64,000 nt of DNA from Candidatus Eiseniibacteriota bacterium (GCA_963717505.1 OY970342.1:2816001-2880000); one strand, 5' to 3'; positions 48,414 to 58,200 are shown, numbered from the stretch's first letter. Notes: generated from the letters alone by a model not told the origin. Numbers and translations: made by a program.

Positions 48414-50789
48414 GTGGCTGACCGGACCCAGGACAAGGCACCCAAGAGTCCGCTGCGCGCCTTCTCCAACTGGTTCAAACGCGCAGAGACGGCTCCGGAA
48501 GCCACCGCAAACCTGGTAAGGCGCATCGGCCACTACGTGGTTACCGGCAAGCTGGGGGAAGGCGGCATGGGCGTCGTCTATTCCGCCCGCGACGAACGGC
48601 TCGAGCGCACGGTCGCCCTCAAGATGATGTCGTCGCTGCGCGGCGACGAAAACGCGCGCAAGCGCTTCTGGCGCGAAGCGCGGGCGGCCGCCAGCGTGAA
48701 CCATCCGAACGTCTGTCAGCTCTACGACGTTGGTGAAGTCGACGGCGAGCCGTACATCGCGATGGAACTGCTGGAAGGGGAGGCGCTGGCCGCCCGCCTG
48801 AGTCGCGGCCCGCTGAGCGTGTCCGACGCCCTGCCCATCACCTTCGGAATCCTCGCCGCGCTTTCCGCCCTCCATGCACGCGGCATCATTCACCGCGACC
48901 TCAAGCCCTCGAACGTGTTCCTGACCCCGCACGGCGTCAAGCTGCTCGACTTCGGCCTCGCGAGGACCAGCGACCCGGACCTGACGCGATCCATCGGCTC
49001 GGTCACCAACCTGACCACCGCCGGCATCGTGCTCGGCACACCTCGCTACATGGCGCCCGAACAGGTGACGGCGGGCTCGGTCGACGGCCGCAGCGATCTG
49101 TTTGCGACCGGTGCGATTCTGTTCGAGATGCTGGCCGGCCGCCCCGCCTTCACGGGCAACAACGTGGTCGAGATCCTCCACGCCACGCTCCACGACCATC
49201 CGCCTGCACTCACCGGCTCGCCCGCGGTGGCGGCGGTCGACCGGGTGATTCGCCGCGCACTCGCCAAACGCCCGGCCGAGCGCCCGGCGACGGCCGACGC
49301 GATGGCCGAAGAGCTGCGCTCGGTGAGCGTGGACTCGAGCGAGGAGACGACGACCCTGGCTCGCGCGCTGACGCGTCTGGTGGTGTTGCCGTTCCGCGTC
49401 CTGCGCCCGGATCCCGAGACCGACTTCCTGGCCTTCAGCCTGCCGGACGCGATCGCGACGTCGTTGTCGCGCTTCAATTCGCTGATCGTGCGTTCGGCGG
49501 CGGCCGCCGCGCGGTTCGGCGGCGAGACGCCGGATCTCAAAGCGCTGGCGACCGAAGCCGATGTCGACCGGGTCGTGCTCGGCACCTTGCTGCGGTCGGG
49601 CGACCAACTACGCGCCACCGCGCAGCTGATCGAGGCGCCGGGGGGGACCTTGCTCGCGTCCCACGCCGTGACGTCGTCGCTCGGCGATTTGTTTCGGCTG
49701 CAAGACGACATCGCGCACCGCGTGGTCGACGCGATGGCGCTGCCGCTGTGGGGTGGCACGTCGGCGCCGACTCCGACCCCCGACGCCCCGCACGACGCGC
49801 GCGCGTATCAACTCTACCTGCGCGCCAACGACCTGGCGCGTTCCTACGACCGACTCAACGATGCGCGTGTGCTCTACGAGCAGTGCCTCGAATTGGATCC
49901 GCGATTCGCCCCAGCGTGGGCGCAGCTCGGTCGCTGCCATCGGGTCATCGGGAAGTTCGTCGATGATCGCGAAGGGAGCACGGCCAAGGCGGAGGACGCC
50001 TTCCGGCGCGCACTCGAGCTGAGCCCCCGTCTTTCGCTGGCGCACAAGTTCTATGCGGCGCACGAAGCGGACACCGGCCACTCGGACCGCGCGCTTACGC
50101 GCCTGCTGGACGTGGTCCGCCGTCACGGCAACGATCCCGAGCTGTTCGCGGGGCTGGTGCACTCGTGCCGCTACTGCGGGTTGCTCGATCAGTCGATTGC
50201 GGCGCATCACGAGGCGCGGCGACTCGATCCCAACGTGCCGACCAGTTTCGATCAGACCCTGCTGATGACCTGCGACTTCGACCGGCTGCTGGCCGCCGAG
50301 CAACAGCCGACCCTGGTCGGCGGTGACGAAGTCATTCGCGTGATCGCCCATGGACTTGCCGGCCGTCTGGACCAGGCCCGGCACGGACTGACCACCATGC
50401 GCCAGACGTCGCGCATTCCCGCATTTCGGCCGTGGATCGATTTCCTGCGCGCGTGGCTCGACCGGCGCCCGGAAGAGATGAGGGTGCAACGAGCAGCACT
50501 CGGCACGCTCAAGGTCATGGACGACCCCGAGGCGATCTTCCAGGAAGCCTGGCTCTTCTGCGACGCCGGTGATCACGAGCGCGGCCTGCCACTGCTCGAA
50601 AAGGCGATTGCGCGCGGTTACTTCGTGACGACGACGCTGACCCGCGGCACTGCGTTCGACGCGATCCGGGACGTTCCGGTGTTCCAGGGGGTTCTCGCGG
50701 ACGCCCAGGCGGGCCGACAACGGACGCTCGCGGCGTTCCGCGAGCACGGTGGCGAGCGCCTACTCGGCCTCGGACTCGACCGCGGATAG
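48414..50789 (+). CDS. Soluble Hanks-type Ser/Thr kinase with TolB-N-like and TPR domains
   Basis: LGEGGMGVV, VALK, HRDLKPSN, DFG and GTPRYMAPE; LVVLPF; AYQLYLRA and TPRs; no TM. Confidence 0.93.
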   Translation: MADRTQDKAPKSPLRAFSNWFKRAETAPEATANLVRRIGHYVVTGKLGEGGMGVVYSARDERLERTVALKMMSSLRGDENARKRFWREARAAASVNHPNVCQLYDVGEVDGEPYIAMELLEGEALAARLSRGPLSVSDALPITFGILAALSALHARGIIHRDLKPSNVFLTPHGVKLLDFGLARTSDPDLTRSIGSVTNLTTAGIVLGTPRYMAPEQVTAGSVDGRSDLFATGAILFEMLAGRPAFTGNNVVEILHATLHDHPPALTGSPAVAAVDRVIRRALAKRPAERPATADAMAEELRSVSVDSSEETTTLARALTRLVVLPFRVLRPDPETDFLAFSLPDAIATSLSRFNSLIVRSAAAAARFGGETPDLKALATEADVDRVVLGTLLRSGDQLRATAQLIEAPGGTLLASHAVTSSLGDLFRLQDDIAHRVVDAMALPLWGGTSAPTPTPDAPHDARAYQLYLRANDLARSYDRLNDARVLYEQCLELDPRFAPAWAQLGRCHRVIGKFVDDREGSTAKAEDAFRRALELSPRLSLAHKFYAAHEADTGHSDRALTRLLDVVRRHGNDPELFAGLVHSCRYCGLLDQSIAAHHEARRLDPNVPTSFDQTLLMTCDFDRLLAAEQQPTLVGGDEVIRVIAHGLAGRLDQARHGLTTMRQTSRIPAFRPWIDFLRAWLDRRPEEMRVQRAALGTLKVMDDPEAIFQEAWLFCDAGDHERGLPLLEKAIARGYFVTTTLTRGTAFDAIRDVPVFQGVLADAQAGRQRTLAAFREHGGERLLGLGLDRG

Positions 50790-50862
50790 GTGGTGGAGCG
50801 CAGCTCGCTCGCCGCGTATTCGCCAGTGCTGGCTAGACTTGGCAATTCCGGGGACATCCTTT

Positions 50863-50878
50863 TGTCATCCGCATGACA
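50863..50878. promoter_or_regulatory. Palindromic operator candidate
   Basis: TGTCAT-CCGC-ATGACA (TGTCA-N6-TGACA) in the intergenic region before the M15 gene. Confidence 0.45.
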
Positions 50879-50975
50879 GCTAGCCTCGAGGCCGCCGGCA
50901 TTCTCCGCACCTCCTCGTCCAAGGAGCAGACGAGCGAGCCGATTGCCCCCGTGGAGTTCTCGCGACCTCGGGCTC

Positions 50976-51917
50976 ATGCGCATCTTCGGAGGGAATCCAT
51001 TGCGTCTGTTTCGGTCCATAGTGGTCGGCAGCGCGTTCTTGATCGTGAACGCAATGCCTGCCGGAGTATCCATCCTGTCCAACGCGTCATCGTCGACACG
51101 AGACGTGGTGGCCAGGGACTGGGCTCGTTCCGCCGTGGTGCCCATGCTCGGGATCAGCGGAAAACTCCGGGCCGTGATTGGACTGCCCGAAGTCCTGACC
51201 CAGGATTCAGCGATGGGCCGGATTCTGGCTCAGCTGCCGATCGGCGCACCGGGTGTACACCCACTGGGCCTGGACACGGAGGACGGAGGCTCGCTCGTCG
51301 TCGTATCGATGGAACGCTCGACACCAGGCATGTCGGCGACCCCGACCGGCTATCGGACCGGCCGCTGGCCCTCGAGAGGATTGCCGCCGGGGCGCGATTC
51401 GGTCTATGCCCCGCCCTCGGGATTCATACTGGTGACGATCGAGAACCAGGACACACCGGTCTCGAAGCAATTCCGCCTGCGTGATTTCCTCACCCACGAC
51501 CAGCAAGACGTCTGGCCCAAGGCGCTCGTCTTGCGCACGGCTCTGGTCGACAAGCTCGAGTTGATCAGCGAGGGGCTCGAGCGGCGCGGCCTGCCCAGTG
51601 CCCTGCACGTCGAGTCGGGCTTCCGGACACCGCAGTACAACGCGATCGGGGTCGGCGACCCGGGGGCGACCCACAGTCGTCACATGTACGGCGATGCGGC
51701 CGACGTTTACGTCGATGCCGATCGTGACGGACGGATGGACGACCTGGACGGCGACGGTCGGACCACCGTGGCCGATGCGAAAGTGCTGCTCGCGGTCGCC
51801 GAGACCGTGGAAATCTCGCACCCTGAGCTCGTCGGAGGGCTCTCCGCCTATTCGACCAGCGCAGCCCACGGGGCCTATGTCCACGTGGACGCCCGGGGTG
51901 TGCGCGCGCGCTGGTAG
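50976..51917 (+). CDS. Peptidase M15A-like (D-Ala-D-Ala carboxypeptidase family) Zn metallohydrolase
   Basis: SGFRTPQYN, SRHMYGDAADV and YVHVDARG; Ca-loop-like insert DADRDGRMDDLDGDG. Confidence 0.85.
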   Translation: MRIFGGNPLRLFRSIVVGSAFLIVNAMPAGVSILSNASSSTRDVVARDWARSAVVPMLGISGKLRAVIGLPEVLTQDSAMGRILAQLPIGAPGVHPLGLDTEDGGSLVVVSMERSTPGMSATPTGYRTGRWPSRGLPPGRDSVYAPPSGFILVTIENQDTPVSKQFRLRDFLTHDQQDVWPKALVLRTALVDKLELISEGLERRGLPSALHVESGFRTPQYNAIGVGDPGATHSRHMYGDAADVYVDADRDGRMDDLDGDGRTTVADAKVLLAVAETVEISHPELVGGLSAYSTSAAHGAYVHVDARGVRARW

Positions 51918-51947
51918 GGCGCTTCGAGCGCGCCGGAACGTTCGGTT

Positions 51948-52202
51948 CTAGGCCCCGAACTGGCGCAGATGATGGTCGAAGTGCAGGTAGCCCCAGCGCA
52001 ACCACTCCGCTTCGGTCAGGGCTCCGAACAGCGGATGGGGTGGACGCGCGTTTCCTGCGGGCCCCGAGGTCACGTGCTCCAGTAGCGCCACCACCTGCGC
52101 GAGGTCGGCGGAGAACTCAACGGGCCGGGTGCCGCCGTGTTCCTGAGCGATCTCGGGCGACGAATCGATTCCAGGTGGCCAGGGAATCGGGACGAAGAAC
52201 AC
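51948..52202 (-). pseudogene. 5'-truncated DinB/DUF1569-like gene remnant
   Basis: PIPWPPG...HPLFGALTEAEWLRWGYLHFDHHLRQFG matches the C-terminal half only; no room for the N-terminal half before the upstream gene. Confidence 0.55.
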
Positions 52203-52221
52203 GGGGCGGCCGAAGCCGGCG

Positions 52222-52635
52222 TCAGCGGCGCGCGACGGGAATGACCAGCTTGAGCCCGCTCAGCCGCTCCGAGAACGCCATCACCTTGATGTCGACCAGC
52301 CCGTGCTCCAGCGCCGCGGCGCGAATCATGGTCTCGGTGATGTGCTTCTGGCCCTTCGGCCAGATCACCCAGATCGCGCCCTCGCGGCGGATGCTCTTCT
52401 GAAGCGTCGCGAGCCGGCGCAGAGCCGTCGAGTCTTCGACCGCGAACAGGATCGTGTCGGTGTTCGCGCGCGGCCGGCCCTCGGCGACGTCGTCGGTGCG
52501 GGCGCGCAACTCGCGGAGGAAGTCGGGCTCGTCCAGTCCGACCAGGGCGACGCGCGCGTCTTGCTTGATGCCCAGCTTCTCGATGCGCGGGCGCTTGGAG
52601 TAGCCGACGGTGGGCGCCTTGGATCTCGTCGTCAT
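52222..52635 (-). CDS. DUF3052-like protein
   Basis: GYSKRPRIEKLGIK, GAIWVIWPKG, GLVDIKV and SGLKLVIP. Confidence 0.8.
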   Translation of the reverse strand: MTTRSKAPTVGYSKRPRIEKLGIKQDARVALVGLDEPDFLRELRARTDDVAEGRPRANTDTILFAVEDSTALRRLATLQKSIRREGAIWVIWPKGQKHITETMIRAAALEHGLVDIKVMAFSERLSGLKLVIPVARR

Positions 52636-52713
52636 GCTCGGATGTTAATGGACGCCTGATCGCTTCCCCAAGTCACGACCGCTCGGAGGCTGGTGTATTT
52701 GGAGTGTTCGCGT

Positions 52714-53529
52714 TCAGGGCTTGGTCAGCAGCGCGGCGGTCGGGCTCGGCTCGGGGAAGTGGATCGAGTCCACGACGCGATGGAACGTGTCCAGGTTCTC
52801 CTGCCTGCCCTGGAACGTGGCCTTGAACGCGCAGCCCTTCACCGCCCAGAAGACTTCGTGATAGAGGAGCCGCTCTCCATCGGGGGTGATCAACGTGTCG
52901 TCGCTCGCGAACGCGGGCAGGCCGCCCACCAAGGTGTCGCGCTCGTAGCCGATGCGCCACCACTCGGGATGCTGCATGGTCTCGGGGCGCAGCCGGATGT
53001 GCGGCAGCAGTTCTTCGAGCGTCGGTTCGTACAGAGAGGCCTCGCGATGGGCGGTTTCGAGGTCGGCCGCGACGAAACCCATGCTTCCGGCGAGATAGCT
53101 GTCGGATGCGCCATCGAGCGCCCGATCGACTGCACGCCGGGTTGCCGCATCGCGATCCGAAATCGGTTCGTCGGACCGATAGCGAACGATCGACAGATTG
53201 TGCAGGAACTCGTCTCGGGTGAGGGAGTCGAGCCCCGAGATCAGGAAGGCGATGCCCTCGCGGCGATCGCGTTGGGCGAGCTGGCGATGGGCCGCGACGC
53301 TGATGCACTGTCCGCCGCCGCCTCGGAGGATGAACCGCACACCGACCGTTCCAGCGCCGCCGTCGCCCTGGCGCTCCCACTGGGCGGGAGGTGGCGAGAA
53401 GGCGACCGGCTGCCGGATCCATTCGAACGTCTCGGGCGGCAGCAGAGCCTCGGCACCCGAGGTCTTCCTACCGCAGCCAGGTGCAAGCGCCGTGACGGCG
53501 AGCAGGCAGATGATGGTCAGCCGGTTCAC
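52714..53529 (-). CDS. Hypothetical lipoprotein
   Basis: Lipobox-like LAPGC after a hydrophobic stretch; no recognisable domain. Confidence 0.65.
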   Translation of the reverse strand: MNRLTIICLLAVTALAPGCGRKTSGAEALLPPETFEWIRQPVAFSPPPAQWERQGDGGAGTVGVRFILRGGGGQCISVAAHRQLAQRDRREGIAFLISGLDSLTRDEFLHNLSIVRYRSDEPISDRDAATRRAVDRALDGASDSYLAGSMGFVAADLETAHREASLYEPTLEELLPHIRLRPETMQHPEWWRIGYERDTLVGGLPAFASDDTLITPDGERLLYHEVFWAVKGCAFKATFQGRQENLDTFHRVVDSIHFPEPSPTAALLTKP

Positions 53530-53537
53530 GCGGTCCG

Positions 53538-53565
53538 GTATCGGCAGTGTGGCGGCAGCGCTTGA
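53538..53565 (-). promoter_or_regulatory. Sigma28-like promoter
   Basis: Minus strand TCAAG-N15-GCCGATAC, ending 8 nt before the GTG start at 53529. Confidence 0.55.
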
Positions 53566-53583
53566 TCCGGCCGGATGCGGCGG

Positions 53584-55674
53584 TCAGTTCACGACCACGA
53601 CCGGTCGTGTGTGCTGAAACCGGCCCTGGCGGACCTTGACGAAGTAGATCCCAGGCGAAAGCCGCTCGTCTTTCCCAAGTGTGATCTCGTGTTCGCCGGT
53701 GCCATCGGCTTCTGCGCGCGCAACGCGCCTGCCGGCTGCGTCCAGTAGCTCCACCTGCACCGCCTCGACCGCCCGCGTGGTGAAGCGAACCACCAGCTCG
53801 CCACGCGACGGATTCGGGAAGACCGCATCCAGCGACAGAGTGGGCGGGAGCGACAGTCCCTGAATACCTCCGGGCCACTCGGGGTGAAGGGTCGCGACAT
53901 TGAATCCGGCGGCACAGCTGGGATGCTGCGCATGTCCGAGGCAGCGATAGACCCGGAAGTCGAGGGCATCCTGGATCGTGCCGCTGGCCAACCCCGCACA
54001 ACGTGAGGCCACCACTGCCGTGGTGGAGGGCGGCGGATTCAGGGGGCCACACTGCGATCCCAGTACGGGACAGGTGCCGAGGTCGGCCAGCTCGAGACCC
54101 AGTCGGTTGCCGGTGACGGTCGCGTCGAGCATGCCCGAGACGACGATGCCCATGTCGACTCGAGCCGAGCACGCGAGTGCCGGCCAACCCACCGAGTTGT
54201 CGACGAACGCGGCGCCCCGGCCGATGTCGGTCTGCGCGTTCCAGGCGATTGCCGCCGTTCCCACCAGCATGCCGACGTCGAAGTGGCCATCCCCGGTCCA
54301 GATCCAGTTGTTCTCGAATCGAGTACCGGTGAAATCGTACTGGCGCGACGCCGGGCCGAACATCGGGTCCGCCACCAACGCGGCCCACGCGGCGTGGCCG
54401 GCGCCGAGCACGATATTCCGGCGGGCCACGGACCGCTGCGTCGTGGATGCCGTACCCCGATAGATCACGATCCCAACGTCGGTGGCATCGACGATCTGGT
54501 TGTCCTCGATCAGGGTGTTCTCGCAGGACGTCGAGATGCCATCGACCCAAAGGTCGGGGCCGTCGCGCTTGGAATGGCAGCTGGTGTACTCGGTGATCAG
54601 GTTCTTGCGGATGCTGGTCTGCTCGCACTCGGCGCCGGCGCTCATTCCGTCGGCGAGGATGTTGGTCCAGCCGGCGCTGTGGTTGATGCGGCAGCCGGAG
54701 ACCTCGGACCCCTTGCCGCCGCTGATCGCCACGTTGAGGTCCGGCCGATTCACTTCGATCGGCCCGCGCTGGCCGTCGACCCAGACGTGCTGGAGCTGCG
54801 CGCGGCCGACCGCGACCCCGCCGAAGGCGACGCGATTGAGCAGCACCAGGGCGCCACCGAAATTGCTCCCGCGGACCAGCCGGGCCATGAGCGCGTACTT
54901 GCGGCTGGGAAACCAGGGCCACCCTCCGGATGGGGCCCGAGTTCGCAACACGACGTTGCCTGGTATCACCAGGGTCGAGTGCAGGCGAAACACGGCTTGT
55001 GGGGCCAGCTCGATCGTGGCCGTGCCACCGGGGCCAGCCCGCTGCGATGCGCAGTAGAGGGCGCTCTGCAGGGCGTCGGGGTCGGGAACGTCGGAACGAC
55101 ACTGCCCGTAACTAATGCACACCGCATGGCAGTCGATCACTTCGAACGCCGGCGCCACGAACGGCACATCGATCGCGGGGAACTGCGGTCCCCCAAACCC
55201 GTAGAAATCCTGAGTGCAGATCTTCGGGGCGAGGTTCGAGAACTCGGAGCTGTTGAGCACCCCCTCGAGCACCGCCCACCACGGTGTGGTCCGGTACTGG
55301 CGCAACCGGTCATTGAACTCGACGACCGTCGGTTCGCGGTTGAGTATCCCGCGATAAAGGGTGAGAATTCTCGCGATCGAATCGGCGGTCGTGGCCCCAT
55401 TCCCCTTGGGGTAGTTGGCCGAGTACTCCGCCGGCGGGTGCATGGGAGAGTCGTAGTACTGCCGGGCCCAGGCTCTCAGAAGGTCGGCCGAGCACTCATG
55501 GGCACGGAACATCTGCACCGAGAGTCCAAATCCCGTGGAATCCGGGGCTCGCCCGAGGGCTTCGGTGTAGGTCTTTGCGATGAACTGATGGGGGACGCTT
55601 TCGGCGAGGCAGGGCGCACGGAGGCTGGCGGAGAGCGCCACTGCGAGCATCAACACCGAGCACGATCGTCCCAC
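53584..55674 (-). CDS. Secreted protein: DUF4214-like N-domain, parallel beta-helix and T9SS-like CTD
   Basis: YTEALGRAPD and LYRGILNREP helical repeats; beta-helix strands (DGISTSCENTLIEDNQIVDATDVGIV); CTD FPNPS...LDAAGRRV...LSPGIYFV; GGGGGAG RBS before GTG. Confidence 0.75.
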   Translation of the reverse strand: MGRSCSVLMLAVALSASLRAPCLAESVPHQFIAKTYTEALGRAPDSTGFGLSVQMFRAHECSADLLRAWARQYYDSPMHPPAEYSANYPKGNGATTADSIARILTLYRGILNREPTVVEFNDRLRQYRTTPWWAVLEGVLNSSEFSNLAPKICTQDFYGFGGPQFPAIDVPFVAPAFEVIDCHAVCISYGQCRSDVPDPDALQSALYCASQRAGPGGTATIELAPQAVFRLHSTLVIPGNVVLRTRAPSGGWPWFPSRKYALMARLVRGSNFGGALVLLNRVAFGGVAVGRAQLQHVWVDGQRGPIEVNRPDLNVAISGGKGSEVSGCRINHSAGWTNILADGMSAGAECEQTSIRKNLITEYTSCHSKRDGPDLWVDGISTSCENTLIEDNQIVDATDVGIVIYRGTASTTQRSVARRNIVLGAGHAAWAALVADPMFGPASRQYDFTGTRFENNWIWTGDGHFDVGMLVGTAAIAWNAQTDIGRGAAFVDNSVGWPALACSARVDMGIVVSGMLDATVTGNRLGLELADLGTCPVLGSQCGPLNPPPSTTAVVASRCAGLASGTIQDALDFRVYRCLGHAQHPSCAAGFNVATLHPEWPGGIQGLSLPPTLSLDAVFPNPSRGELVVRFTTRAVEAVQVELLDAAGRRVARAEADGTGEHEITLGKDERLSPGIYFVKVRQGRFQHTRPVVVVN

Positions 55675-55699
55675 GCTTGCTCCCCCAGGAGATGACCCG

Positions 55700-58138
55700 G
55701 TGATGGTACCACCTGGTTTGCGCATCAGCGGGCACCGACTTCGTCGTGCGTGCGGTCTCGCACTCCTCGCGCTCGGGGCCGCTCGCGCGTCGGTCGCCCA
55801 GACCATCGATGACAAGCTGTGGGTCACCGACGGACCCGTGTACTCGGTGGTGGCGCGCGCCGGAACCATCTACCTCGGCGGTGATTTCCATCGAGTCGGC
55901 CCCGCGACCGGGACCGCCGTGCCGTTGGACGTTGCGACCGGGGCACTCGCGGCTTCGTTCCCCAAAGTCACGGGCAGGGTCTACGCGGTGGCGTCCGATG
56001 GCAAGGGCGGGTGGTTCCTCGGCGGCAGCTTCTCGCACGTCGGCGGATTCTCGCGCTCCAACCTGGCTCACGTGTCCGCGAGTCTCTCGGTATCGCCCTG
56101 GAGCCCGGGCGCCAACAACGAGGTTCGTGCTCTGGCGGTGACCGGTTCCACGCTGTACCTGGGCGGGAGATTCACCAGCGTCGGTGGACAGTCGCGCAAG
56201 TTTCTCGCGGCGGTCGACGTCACCTCGGGCGCGGTCCGCGCGTGGAACCCGAACATCGGCGGCAACAGCGTCCTGACCCTGGCCACCGGCCCATCGACCG
56301 TGTACGCAGGCGGGATCTTCACCAGTATTGGCGGACTGCCGCGCGGATGCATCGCTGCAATCGATTCGTCGACCGGGACTCCGACCGCCTGGAACCCGAC
56401 CGCCAACAGCAACGTTCTGGCTCTGGCGGTCAGCGGGTCGGCGGTCTATGCGGGAGGGAGCTTCACCCAGATCGGTGGCCAGCCACGCGACTACATCGCG
56501 GCGATCGAGGCCGCGACCGGCAACGTCACGTCGTGGAATCCCGACGCCAATCAATATGTTCATGCCCTGGCAGTGAACGGCGGCACCGTCTACGTCGGGG
56601 GTGCGTTCTCCGCGATCGGCGGACAGGCGAGGGACGGCATCGCGGCGCTCAGCTCCATTACCGGTGCGGCCAGCACCTGGAACCCCGGCGCCAGCGGGCG
56701 AGTGAATGTCCTATTGCCCTCCGGGTCGACGGTCTACGTGGGCGGCGAGTTCTCGACTATCGCCGGACAACCCCGCAGCCGCATTGCCGCCCTGAGCGCA
56801 ACCACGGGCGAGGCGATGCCGACGTGGAACCCGAGCGCCAACAATTCGGTTCTCGCGCTCGCCCTTCATGGGTCCACGTTGTACGCGGGCGGCGGGTTCA
56901 CCAGCATGGGAGGCGAGCGACGCAACTACGTGGCGGCACTCGACTCCGCGACCGGTAGTGCCAAGGCCTGGGATCCCAATGCCAGCGGCCCAGTCCACGT
57001 GCTGTCGGCGCACGGCGCGACGGTCTACGCAGGTGGGTTCTTCAGTTCGATCGGCGGCCAGCCGCGAATGAACCTCGCGGCACTCGATGCCGTCTCAGGT
57101 GCGGCGACGCCCTGGAATCCCGGTGCCAACGACAATGTCTACGCCCTGTCGGTCGTTGGCTCGCGGGTCTACGCGGGCGGCGCATTCACGCAGATCGGCG
57201 GCCAACCACGGAGCCGCATCGCGGCGCTCGACGCCACGACCGGGAGCGCGACCAGCTGGGACCCGAGCGCTGATGGCGTGGTTCTGACTCTGGCCGCGGG
57301 CGGATCGACCCTCTACGCCGGTGGCGAGTTCACGACCATCGGTGGGCACGTGCGAAACAACATCGCAGCACTCGATACCTCGAACGGGCTGGCCACGGCC
57401 TGGGATCCCGCAGCCAGCGCCCGAGTCGAAGCGCTGGCCGTGGGTGGTGTGATCGTATACGTGGGCGGGCATTTCGTGAGCATCGGCAACCAGTCGCGGA
57501 ACCGCATCGCCGCTGTCGATACCAGGACCGGAAGCGTAACGGGATGGAACCCGAATGCACATGACTATGTGCTCGCATTGGCGGTGGATGGCTCTTCGGT
57601 CTACGCCGGCGGAGTGTTCAGCGGTGTCGGGGCCGAGGTCCGCAATCGCGTCGCAGCGTTGAGTCGGGCGACCGGGCTGGCCACCGAATGGAATCCCAAC
57701 GTCGGCGGTGGCAGCCCGTTCGTGTTCACCCGGGTGAGTGCCTTCGCGGCGAGCGGGGCGACGATGTACGTCGGCGGGGACTTCACCAGCATCGGCGGCC
57801 TGCCGCAGTCGGGCATCGTCGCCATCGAGGCGGCACCCGTGGTCGGTGTGCCCGTAGTGTCGGATGCGGGGCGGATTCTGCTCGGGCTCGAGAACGCTCC
57901 CAATCCGTTTCGTATCGCGACCACCATCCGCTACGCGCTTCCGAACGCGGCTCAGGTGCGCATGGACCTGTTCGACCTGGCGGGTCGCCGGGTCGAGACC
58001 CTGGTGCGCGACGTGTGGACGCCACCCGGTGCCCACGTGGTCGAGTTTCGACCCGCGGGCCTTCCCAGCGGGGTTTATCTCTGCCGGCTCGAGGTGGGCG
58101 GCGAGATCGTGACGAAACGGATGGTGGTGGTCGACTGA
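55700..58138 (+). CDS. Secreted 14-repeat beta-propeller protein with T9SS-like CTD
   Basis: 14 repeats of about 48 aa (YAGGxFTxIGGQxRxxIAALDxxTGxAxxWNP); CTD NAPNPF...DLAGRRV...LPSGVY. Confidence 0.85.
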   Translation: MMVPPGLRISGHRLRRACGLALLALGAARASVAQTIDDKLWVTDGPVYSVVARAGTIYLGGDFHRVGPATGTAVPLDVATGALAASFPKVTGRVYAVASDGKGGWFLGGSFSHVGGFSRSNLAHVSASLSVSPWSPGANNEVRALAVTGSTLYLGGRFTSVGGQSRKFLAAVDVTSGAVRAWNPNIGGNSVLTLATGPSTVYAGGIFTSIGGLPRGCIAAIDSSTGTPTAWNPTANSNVLALAVSGSAVYAGGSFTQIGGQPRDYIAAIEAATGNVTSWNPDANQYVHALAVNGGTVYVGGAFSAIGGQARDGIAALSSITGAASTWNPGASGRVNVLLPSGSTVYVGGEFSTIAGQPRSRIAALSATTGEAMPTWNPSANNSVLALALHGSTLYAGGGFTSMGGERRNYVAALDSATGSAKAWDPNASGPVHVLSAHGATVYAGGFFSSIGGQPRMNLAALDAVSGAATPWNPGANDNVYALSVVGSRVYAGGAFTQIGGQPRSRIAALDATTGSATSWDPSADGVVLTLAAGGSTLYAGGEFTTIGGHVRNNIAALDTSNGLATAWDPAASARVEALAVGGVIVYVGGHFVSIGNQSRNRIAAVDTRTGSVTGWNPNAHDYVLALAVDGSSVYAGGVFSGVGAEVRNRVAALSRATGLATEWNPNVGGGSPFVFTRVSAFAASGATMYVGGDFTSIGGLPQSGIVAIEAAPVVGVPVVSDAGRILLGLENAPNPFRIATTIRYALPNAAQVRMDLFDLAGRRVETLVRDVWTPPGAHVVEFRPAGLPSGVYLCRLEVGGEIVTKRMVVVD

Positions 58139-58173
58139 GCCGAGAGACCCCAAGTGACCTGGTCGAACAAGGT

Positions 58174-58200
58174 TCAATCGTGCTGCGCGCGTACCGATAG
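58174..58200 (+). promoter_or_regulatory. Sigma28-like promoter
   Basis: TCAA-N15-ACCGATAG upstream of gene 58242, followed by a GGAGG RBS. Confidence 0.5.

Noticed and set aside
53565-53582. REP-like GCCGGATGCGGCG and palindrome ATCCGGCCGGAT
   Set aside because: Single short occurrence in GC-rich DNA with no second REP arm; likely chance.
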